IMG/VR virus record: IMGVR_UViG_3300045988_034528
Strand: one strand, 5' to 3'
DNA length: 64,000 bases
Origin: a virus
Position 1 is the stretch's first letter, and every line of letters begins with the position of its first letter. Below, one piece after another: positions 10,258 through 19,300 of this stretch. Position numbers and translations under genes: made by a program. The notes under the pieces are model-generated. The model searched no databases and was not told the origin of the DNA. It saw nothing but the letters and a program-made list of their open reading frames with translations.

Positions 10258-10397
10258 CATTTATAATTCATTTCAAAGATGGACATAGGGAAACCTATAG
10301 TAATAGGTATGATGAGGATGTAGAGCATGAAAGGGATGCTGCATGGGATGATGTAAGAATGACCTTTCCTGATGCTGATTATATAGAAGAGTACTAA
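10254..10397 (+). CDS. small acidic hypothetical protein (47 aa; below track cutoff)
   Basis: Hand-translated: MTFIIHFKDGHRETYSNRYDEDVEHERDAAWDDVRMTFPDADYIEEY. The ATG overlaps the upstream TGA. The next ATG follows 1 nt after its stop. Confidence 0.45.
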   Translation: MTFIIHFKDGHRETYSNRYDEDVEHERDAAWDDVRMTFPDADYIEEY

Positions 10398-10398
10398 T

Positions 10399-10557
10399 AT
10401 GAAAAAAGCAATTTTAGTAGCTGTAGTATATATTATAATATTTGCTATGGAAATATTAGCATACTATATAACTCAAGCAGATGTTATTTTTATATATGGT
10501 ATCTTAACATTAGTTGCATTTATATTTACTTTTGTTGCAATATTACAGTCTGAGTAA
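10399..10557 (+). CDS. small two-helix membrane peptide (52 aa)
   Basis: Hand-translated: MKKAILVAVVYIIIFAMEILAYYITQADVIFIYGILTLVAFIFTFVAILQSE. Tightly packed behind the previous small ORF. Confidence 0.45.
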   Translation: MKKAILVAVVYIIIFAMEILAYYITQADVIFIYGILTLVAFIFTFVAILQSE

Positions 10558-10568
10558 GGAATAAGAAT

Positions 10569-10748
10569 ATGAATAAAGAGAAATTTAATATTATCTATAA
10601 GTACTTTGCAAAACCCATTGCTGCTATGAAAATGACTTATAATAATAGTGCATTGACTGTAGAAGCTGGAGTAGTAAATCCTAAAGTAAGCAAGTGTTTT
10701 CAAGCTCTAATGGACGCATTAAATGAACAATTAGATAGTTATAGATAA
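10569..10748 (+). CDS. small hypothetical protein (59 aa)
   Basis: Hand-translated: MNKEKFNIIYKYFAKPIAAMKMTYNNSALTVEAGVVNPKVSKCFQALMDALNEQLDSYR. Fills the gap before the kinase gene on the + strand. Confidence 0.4.
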   Translation: MNKEKFNIIYKYFAKPIAAMKMTYNNSALTVEAGVVNPKVSKCFQALMDALNEQLDSYR

Positions 10749-10770
10749 TAGTCAAAAGGAGTTTTATAAT

Positions 10771-11238
10771 ATGGCTAAAATAATTCTTTGTAGAGGTATT
10801 CAAGGTAGTGGTAAGACTACTTGGGCTAAACAATATTGTAAGGAGCATCCCAATACTATTAGGGTAAATAGGGATGATATTAGGCAGATGTTTAGCAAAA
10901 AATGGTCTAAGGAATTGGAACAAATAGTAATAGATACAGAATTGAGAACTATAGACAATGCTCTATATGAGGAGATGGATGTTGTAGTAGATGATGTATC
11001 TAATCTTAATAAGTCTACTGTAGATAAAATCTGGAATATTGTTAGAAAATATCAGCAGATGAGGAGTATTTCTGATTATGGTATAATCTACCAAGACTTC
11101 TCTACCCCTCTACAAGTTTGTATAGACAGAGACTCTAAAAGGGAACATCCTATAGGAGAGAAGGTAATAAGAGAAACTTACGAAAAATATAAAGATATAA
11201 TAGAAGATAGTATGTTTAATAGTATTCAAGAAAACTAA
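10771..11238 (+). CDS. Polynucleotide 5'-kinase domain protein (T4 Pnk N-terminal-domain-like, no phosphatase domain)
   Basis: MAKIILCRGIQGSGKTTWAKQY...VNRDDIRQM closely parallels the T4 Pnk N-terminus (P-loop plus RDD). Only 155 aa. AAAGGAG lies 9 nt upstream of the ATG. Confidence 0.75.
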   Translation: MAKIILCRGIQGSGKTTWAKQYCKEHPNTIRVNRDDIRQMFSKKWSKELEQIVIDTELRTIDNALYEEMDVVVDDVSNLNKSTVDKIWNIVRKYQQMRSISDYGIIYQDFSTPLQVCIDRDSKREHPIGEKVIRETYEKYKDIIEDSMFNSIQEN

Positions 11239-11239
11239 T

Positions 11240-11413
11240 ATGGAAAAGACTAATTTAATAGTGTTAGATTTTAATACTAGTAGTGTACATATTTATAATA
11301 ATGTTACCTATACAGAAGATATTGATTCTTTATTAAAAGAATTAAATCATAATATTGATGAAGTATCTTATATGTGGTCTGATAATCTAAATATTGAATT
11401 TAAACAACTATAA
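11240..11413 (+). CDS. small hypothetical protein (57 aa)
   Basis: Hand-translated: MEKTNLIVLDFNTSSVHIYNNVTYTEDIDSLLKELNHNIDEVSYMWSDNLNIEFKQL. Starts 1 nt after the kinase stop and ends 2 nt before the next ATG. Confidence 0.45.
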   Translation: MEKTNLIVLDFNTSSVHIYNNVTYTEDIDSLLKELNHNIDEVSYMWSDNLNIEFKQL

Positions 11414-11415
11414 TT

Positions 11416-11769
11416 ATGGATAACTATCCTAAGTTAACTACAAGTGAAGAAGCTAGTTCTCCATGGAATAAGAAAGAAAATAAACCTGTAGAAATAGAAG
11501 TTACAGTATGTTTATCTATCTCTAAAACTTTTAAAATTACAGTAGATGATTATAAGGTAATAGAGGATGATGATGGTACTACCTTTAATGATTATACTTA
11601 TTGTAATTTAGAAGAAGCAGTAGAAAAACAAATATATTTACCTCATGAAGTAGGTGATATACTTAATGATAGTTTTATAAGTAAAGATATTACTAACCCT
11701 AATTATTCTTTAATAATTAAAGATGTAAGAGGATGGAATATAGACGATTTTAAAGTAATTCAAGAATGA
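11416..11769 (+). CDS. hypothetical acidic protein
   Basis: 117-aa ORF tightly packed with its neighbours. Confidence 0.55.
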   Translation: MDNYPKLTTSEEASSPWNKKENKPVEIEVTVCLSISKTFKITVDDYKVIEDDDGTTFNDYTYCNLEEAVEKQIYLPHEVGDILNDSFISKDITNPNYSLIIKDVRGWNIDDFKVIQE

Positions 11770-11933
11770 AAAATAAAATAGATTATATAACAATAATAAG
11801 AGTAATACTTGCTCTTATTATTGTTTTAATAATAGTGTATGGTTTATTTCATTATTTACCTACACTATTAGCTTTATTTATTGTCTGTTTATTAGGTCTG
11901 ATTGCAATAGATATTTTTGAAGAAGAAATATAA
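11766..11933 (+). CDS. small membrane peptide (55 aa)
   Basis: Hand-translated: MKNKIDYITIIRVILALIIVLIIVYGLFHYLPTLLALFIVCLLGLIAIDIFEEEI. ATGA overlap with the upstream stop. Confidence 0.45.
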   Translation: MKNKIDYITIIRVILALIIVLIIVYGLFHYLPTLLALFIVCLLGLIAIDIFEEEI

Positions 11934-11958
11934 TTAAATATAACTAAATATAATTAAA

Positions 11959-12171
11959 ATGAAAATAGTTCAACAAAATACTTATAAAATAGAATATATA
12001 GATTATGGTTTAAAGGAGGTTACTTTAGTAGAAGCTGATAGCTTCGAAGAGGCATTAAATATATTTAATGAGTATAATAGTAATAATAATAATAAATTAA
12101 GGATGATTAGTATTTCTAAAGGTACTTCTGTTCTTAAACCTTTAATTAAAACAATTACTGTAGAAATATAA
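11959..12171 (+). CDS. hypothetical protein
   Basis: 70-aa ORF with an ATG start. Confidence 0.5.
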   Translation: MKIVQQNTYKIEYIDYGLKEVTLVEADSFEEALNIFNEYNSNNNNKLRMISISKGTSVLKPLIKTITVEI

Positions 12172-12175
12172 TTAT

Positions 12176-12790
12176 ATGAGTAAAGTTATTAGAATGGAAA
12201 AGGCTACTCTTTGGAAGAGAGCCTTAAATGCTGCAAGAAGAACTATAGGTAAAAATCCTTTAGATAAAGAACCCTCTAATAGTTGGAAAGCTAAAATGCT
12301 TTTAGCTGAACATAGTCCTATAAGACTAATTGAATATGAATGGACTTGGTCTGACATTATGCAATGGGTTACTACGCATCTAGTTAGACACCATGAAGGC
12401 TGTGAGAAGTTTGTTCATTCTCAAAGAGGAGATAGAAGAGCTATCTTAGATGAGTATAATGTATCTTCAAGGAATGAACTACCACAAGGTGCTACAAATG
12501 ATATGGATATGACAGCTAATGCTCAGGCTTTGATAAGTATATCAAGAAAGAGACTGTGTAATTGTGCATCTAAGGAAACAAGAGAGGCTTGGAAACAGGT
12601 ACAAGATGCTATTAGGGAAGTAGACCCAGTAATGGCAGATAAGATGGTTCCAGAGTGTATCTATAGAGGATTCTGTCCTGAATTTATGAATTCCTGTGGA
12701 TATGCAAATACAGAGAAGTATCAGCAGGACTTGAAGAGATATAGAAGCACTAATTATGGTGAAAGTGGATATTTGATAAATAATAACTAA
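12176..12790 (+). CDS. thyX: ThyX-like (flavin-dependent thymidylate synthase fold) protein with a divergent signature
   Basis: LLAEHSPIRLIEYEWTWSDI...HLVRHHEGCEKFVHSQRG parallels the ThyX core (gHxSpxEH..ftF.i...RHRxxSxxxxSxRY). The signature reads RHH..C.....SQRG instead. Confidence 0.55.
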   Translation: MSKVIRMEKATLWKRALNAARRTIGKNPLDKEPSNSWKAKMLLAEHSPIRLIEYEWTWSDIMQWVTTHLVRHHEGCEKFVHSQRGDRRAILDEYNVSSRNELPQGATNDMDMTANAQALISISRKRLCNCASKETREAWKQVQDAIREVDPVMADKMVPECIYRGFCPEFMNSCGYANTEKYQQDLKRYRSTNYGESGYLINNN

Positions 12791-12846
12791 TTTGATATGA
12801 TTGAGCAAATAAATCAGTTAAAGCTAAGAATAACAAATCTTCCAGC

Positions 12847-13200
12847 TTGTATGTGCATAGATTAGTGGCTCAATCTTTTGTAGCAAATCCTAATGGTTAT
12901 ATAGAAATTAACCATATAGATGAAAATAAGAGAAATAATCACCACTCTAACTTAGAATGGTGTAGCAGAGTCTATAATTGCAATCATGGTAGTAGAAACA
13001 ATAAGATTGGCATGGCTTCTTCAATGAATAAGCTTACCCCAGTTATGCAGCTATCCAAAGAAGGTACTATTATTAATACTTTTAATAGTATTAATGAAGC
13101 TGGAGAATATCTTGGTAAGAATCCTTCTCACATATCCAGTTGTTGTACAGGTAAAAGAAGAACAGCTTTTGGCTTTGTTTGGAAATACCTGAACAACTAA
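12847..13200 (+). CDS. HNH homing endonuclease, N-terminally truncated relative to its family (possible remnant)
   Basis: VHRLVAQSFVANP...INHIDENKRNNHHSNLEW...NCNH (HNH_3-type core) plus a C-terminal GFVWKY DNA-binding tail. The frame opens only at 12805 and has no ATG; the track start at 12847 is TTG. Confidence 0.55.
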   Translation: MYVHRLVAQSFVANPNGYIEINHIDENKRNNHHSNLEWCSRVYNCNHGSRNNKIGMASSMNKLTPVMQLSKEGTIINTFNSINEAGEYLGKNPSHISSCCTGKRRTAFGFVWKYLNN

Positions 13201-13282
13201 TTCCTATAATGGAGGGTAAGTTAAACACTTATTCTCCCTTTAGCTTTTTGAATAAAAGCTTGTGTATCACAATTAAATTCCT

Positions 13283-13290
13283 TACTTTTG
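13283..13290 (+). promoter_or_regulatory. Bacteroidota-type -7 promoter element (TAnnTTTG)
   Basis: TACTTTTG lies 21 nt upstream of the ATG of the giant RNAP-like ORF, in the only sizeable + strand intergenic gap. Confidence 0.45.
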
Positions 13291-13311
13291 CACAAATAAT
13301 ACTTTTAATAT

Positions 13312-16300
13312 ATGAGTACAAATCCAACTTGTTTAGTAGTAACTCCTAAAATAAGAGAGTTAGCAGCAAAATTTCCAAATGAAACAGTAGAATCTGTAAA
13401 GAATCTTGTATCATTATGGCAAGCTAAAAATAATAAGTCTAGTGAGGATATTCCATTAGGTAGTGAACTCAATGCTTTTATTAAGGAGATTAGAAAGGAA
13501 AGCCCAACTACTGCTCTGCCTATTAGTAAATATGTGAATACTGAGGGTAAGAATAAGGGCTTTCTTACAAAGAAAGGGAAAGAATTACTTAGTACTTCCT
13601 TTGATAAAGAAAAATTTAATGAAGGAACTACTAAAGTAAGTATGTATCCTGGATCTAGTGGGACAGAAATCAGAATTGATTTTACCAGCCCTACTACAGG
13701 TAATAGTGCTTTTGCCATTTATTATGGTAGTCCTACAAGAAAGATTTGGGATTTATTCAATAGTAGTGGAAGTAATGCTACTAATGTTAATGATGATAGG
13801 TATTGGAATAATATAAATAAGATTGTTCCTGAATCTATTAGAGATTTAGTAGAATCTGGTAAATATAGTGAGATGGATAGTACTGCCGTTGAAACTGACC
13901 CTGAAACCTTAATGGTTAAAAGAACTGCCTTAGAAGATTATTTTGAGAAAGAATATAATGTTCTAAAATGGGGAAGAAGTACGGAGTATAATACTATACA
14001 GATAAAAAAAGCTATTAGCCTTCTTTCAAGACCAGAAGAGAAAACTACAGATGCACTCAGTAGTTCTTTTGATACTCCAAGAGTTACTTCTGTTGAGGAG
14101 CAGCAAAAGGTGGACCTACTCTTTGATCCAAAAACAAGAAAAGATAGAGTGACACTTATTGCAAGACTCTTCAGCAATGAAGTTGATGATGCCTTGCAGG
14201 AAATTGCTGATTCTTTGAAGAGAAGAATTGATGATGCCAGTGGTGTAGAAAGAGAAGAATTACAGGCTGAACTTAATAGCTTGGATAGATTCTCTGCTAT
14301 AAAGAAGTGCACTCCTGCTGGTATATTCAAGAGAGTGGCTAACATCTTTAATTCTTATGTACAGGATACAGAGGAAGGTAGAATACAGCAAGAACTTAAT
14401 AAGATTAATGCTGAGGAAAATGCTCTTATTGAAGCTGGAGAAATAGATGAATCTGAAAGATTTTCTGATGAAGAAAAACTGGAAGCTGCCAAGAAGAAAG
14501 CTGCTTATAAGAATCAGGAGTATAAGAAGATAGTTGATGACCCCAGTGTTTATAAAGCTCTTGCTGAGAAAGCAAGTACTTTGCTTGTAATGACTGAGGG
14601 TATTAGAATGGACCCTAACTACATTGCGCCTGCTGATGCAAACCTCAATGATGATGACCCTGAGGGTAACAGTGAGGTAGATGATGAAGCAGAGGATTGG
14701 AGACAAGAAGAGGCTTATAAGGATGGGTGGATGACTAATTTCAGACAAGTAAGTTCACAGGAGTCTTTATCACAAGCTGTAAGAAAAGTAATCAGACAAG
14801 TACCTAAACTTGATTATGAAGGAATGTATGAAGAGGATGATTTAGGTTTTACAAGATACCTTGATGCTGACTATGTTCATGCTACTCTTATAGACAAGTT
14901 AAGGAACATGATTAACTCTGATGACATGATCCCTTTATTAGAAAATATGGCTAAGATTAAACCTTGGGTTAATCAAGTAATAGAATTACTTCAAGGTGAT
15001 GAGACTTTGTTCTCTCAATTCTACCAAGACTTCAGAAAGGACTTTATGCCTTACTGGATTCAAAAGAAGAAGATGCTACCTGATGGTACTTTCAAGATGG
15101 AAACTATTGCTGTTAATAAGCCTGAAGGTGTATATTATCTCCTTGATGCTTGGAGAGACAACTATGAGAATGGAGTACAGCTTGATGATGATAGTGTATA
15201 TGAGAAGAATGGAGAAATAAATAAGGATAATGCAGCTAAAGGTTTACAATGGACTGTGACATTGAACAATATGTTCCAGAACCTTGATACAGAATCCAGA
15301 CTTCAACTCTTGGAGAGAGAAGATGTATGGAATACCATAATGAAGTTACTTCATATGTTAGGTATTGATGCTAATCCTTCTGTATTGAGAACTGCATTAA
15401 CTGATATAAAGACAACTCCAGGTATCACATTTACTGACCCAATTATGCTTCTTTTACCACAATTAAATATTATATTTAGTGGTATTAAGAAAGGAGAAAT
15501 CAAGTCTGAGACAAGAGAGGATGGTACTGAGAAGAGAGGAGACCTTATCAATACTTTTGGCTCTGCTTACAATATGATTGCAAGTATGATGGCAGAAGTA
15601 ACTGAGGATGATATTGAAAGTAGTGTCAGGGAGAATGATAAGTCTTACTATTCTCATGTTACTCCTAACTATTTAGGTAAACTTATTAAGAATCTCAAGA
15701 ATGTTATGAATGACAAGGAGAGATTTGAACAGTTTATGCAGACTGAGTTTAAACAGTATGAGTGGTTCTTTAAGGATGGTCATTGGAGAAATGACTGGCT
15801 AAGACAACTTACAGAGTCTGATGAATTAAGAAAAGGTCTTAATCATAAAGTAGTACTAAATTCTGATAAGGTAGACTATACTAATTGGGATGATTTGGAC
15901 TATACTTTAGTTCTTCTTACAGAATATTGGGGAGACCCTGATTCTACAAAATCAAGTATAAAGTATGCTTGGTATCATGTTCCTATTCTTTCAGATAGTC
16001 CTTCTGCTGAGTTTATCAGATTTAGAAAGTACACAACAGGTGATGTGCTTGATGAGAATGGTAAGAAGAGAACCTATGATGATGTTATCCTTGACAAGTT
16101 AGTAGACTTAGTAAATCAGGAATATGACAGAATCATGCTGGTTAGAGAAAGGGATGAGGCTTATCAAAGTGGAGATAAGAGTGTGGAACCTATTGCAAAC
16201 TATGATATTGTCAGAAAGAAAGATGGCAGTATAAAGAGTATGGGAGGTGCAGAATTTAAGTTCCTTCCTTCACTTAACAACCTCAGATATGACAATGGAG

Positions 16301-19300
16301 AGACATTCATTGATAGGTTAAGCAGACTTAAATCCAAAGGTACTGGTGCTGAACTTAGGAACTTCCTAAGAACTACTCTTAATGACATAATGGAAGATGG
16401 TTTTGAACAAACCTACAAAGGTTGGGTAAGAGTAGGACTGCTTGATGAACTTCCTAATGGTAAGTACAAGTATCTTCCTTTTGAAGGTCAATCCAAGCAG
16501 AATGCAATAACTGCAAAGGCACTCATTAAGGCTAAAGATGCTTTAGGTTCATTATGGAATACCAATATGGCTCTAATGCTTAGAGCCTATAACAATAATA
16601 GTGCTTTTGATAGTAGGGAAGCTAATAGCCTAATGGAGCAAATCAAGGCATTACTTACAGATAAGACAACAAGAGGTGAGATGAAGTTGAAAGATGCCCA
16701 ATCAATCTCAAGAAGTCTGTTTGTTAAGAACAATGCTAAGGATGCACTTAGGGAATACTATTGGAACAGTAAGTTAGCTACTTCACAAATTATCCAGCTT
16801 ACTACTACAGACCTTGCCTTCTATAAGAATCTTGAGGACTTTCAGAAGAGATATAAGGAGGTTCATGCTCCTGCCCTCAGACTGAATACTAAGGCTACTT
16901 ATAAAGGTGAGAGAATTGGTAGGGATTGGGAAAGAACCATCTACTTGAAGGATGATGAGATAGTATCTTCTGTACTTGAAGACATCAAGACTGTACTTGA
17001 TGAAAGGGTTAGAAGAAATGAAATGACCAAGATAGACAGAGATAATATCATCAGCAAGTTTAGAAATGTGAATGTAGCAGATGCTCAGGCATATAGAAGT
17101 TTGAGTTCCTATAGGGCAATACTTGGCATGTCAGGTCAGTGGACAGATGATATGGAGCAAGCATATAACAACTTCAAGAATGGAGATTGGAATATTAAAG
17201 ACTTCAATATCATTTGGCAGACTAAGAAGCCTTATGTTTATACACAAGTCAATAATAACAGTGGCATTAAAGGTCATACTGGAATTAAGACTCCTGTACA
17301 ACATAAGAACTCAGAGTTTCTATTACTTGCTATACATGAACTAATTGCTGGTCCTTTAGGAAAGTCAGGCAAGCTGAAAGCCATAAATAAGTTTATGGAG
17401 GATAATCAGATTGATGTAGTTCAGTTTGAATCTACTACTAAGGTTGGAAAACAAGGTGTAATAGATTTGAATGATGTAAATACTGAAGCTGATGTAATCC
17501 AAAGACTTAAAGATACTACAGGTATTGGATTTGGTAATGAGAATCCTAATGTAGTACATAAGGTATCTTATGAAGATTATGGTATTCAGACTGCAACTCC
17601 TGAACATGCTATTGATACAGTTCAGTTGGTAGGTACTCAGATTAGAAAGCTAATTACTGCTGACATCTCTGATGATACAATCATTGAAGTTAATGGTAAG
17701 AAGATGACTAAGAAAGAGTGGATTGACCTGTACAATGCCATCAATACTGAGAATATTCTTCAAGCATTTGCTGATGTAGATAAGATATTCAAAGACCCAA
17801 AGAAGGTAGAAGAAATCTTACTTGAAGAGATAAGAGGTAATCAGAGATATGGTATGGATATGATGAGGGCTTGTACTCTTGATGAGAACAATAACTTCAA
17901 TATACCTCTCTTTGACCCTGTACAATCTCAAAGAGTACAAACTCTTCTTAATAGCGTAATTAAGGGTGGTAGTAAGAAAGTATCAGGAATTACTAAGCAA
18001 AAGATTAGAGGTGGAGCATTAATTCAGGTATCTGATTATGGCTTAACTGACCAACTAAACATTGTATTCAAAGACAAGAATGGCAATCCTTTGAATTATG
18101 AACTTTATAAAAAGGAGTATCCTAATACCACAAGGGAAAGCTATGAAGAATTTGTCAAGAATGCCCAAAAGGAAGGTGGGTTGTCTATCATGTATCTTGA
18201 ATGTTATATGCCTGCATATAGTAGAAAGTTTTATGAGCCTCTTATGGACCCAAATACTCATCAGCTTGATGTAACTAAACTTCCTGATGATTTGAGAAAG
18301 TTGATTGGATATAGAGTTCCAACAGAGGATAAGTACTCAATGGCTCCTCTGTATATTAAGGGATTCCTTCCTCAACAGAATGGTTCTGCAATCATGCTTC
18401 CTGCTGAGATTACTACTCTATCAGGTTCTGACTTTGATGTGGATAAGATGTATATCATGTTACCTGAGTTTAATATTAAGAAACTATATAATATCAAGGG
18501 AGCTTGGGATGATTTCTATCTTAATAACCCAGATATTGTAGATGAGATTGATAGAAACTTAGGTGAGGCACTTACACAATTTATTAAAGAGCAGACTGAA
18601 GATTGGGATGAGGCAGCAGACTTGGATGATATAGAAGATATAACAAAAGAGTTTAAGGAATGGTTAAAGAAAGAAGGTATTAAAAGATACCAATTCTCTG
18701 AAACTGCGCAGAAGAGATTCTCTGAATGGTTCAGAACTAATAAGAAGAATTACTTCATTAAGGAGAATATAGAAAAGATAAAGTATGACTTCAATAAGTC
18801 TCCACAGGAGAATAGTCTTAAGGCAAGAAATAACTTGTTGATAGATATGATGTATGGAGTTTTGACTAATGCAGATACAGCTTCAAAGATTCTTAACCCA
18901 GGTGGTTTTGATTATCAGAAGAAGGCTGCAAGAATTATGACCATTCTCAATGATTCTTATGAGAGTGACTTGGCTCAAGCATTAAAGGATGTAGGTGTAG
19001 AACTTAATAAGACTGTACAGAAAGGTGAAAAGTCTTATCCTAAGTCTATTGCTTCATATCTATTTGACTTAGACCTTGATACTCTTGATAAGTTGGCAGA
19101 GAAAACAAAGGTCAAGATGGACCCATTATCACCAAGAACTCAAGTAATGTTACATCAACAAAACATGACTGGTGCTAAGTTGATTGGTATTTATGCCAAC
19201 CATAATGCAAACCATGCTTTGATGCAACATACAGCATCTAATAAAGATGAAGATAAAGGTTTAGCTCTTAGTAAAGAGTATGGCTCATTTGTATTGAATG

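Noticed and set aside
10473-10923. 76-aa and 80-aa minus-strand ORFs in the small-ORF region
   Set aside because: They lie opposite the local transcription direction and overlap the motif-bearing kinase gene. The + strand mini-ORFs explain the region better because of their stop/start coupling.
13211-13240. Possible terminator hairpin after the HNH gene (GGAGGGTAAG...CTTATTCTCCC)
   Set aside because: On pairing the arms there are several mismatches and wobble pairs, giving no convincing stem.
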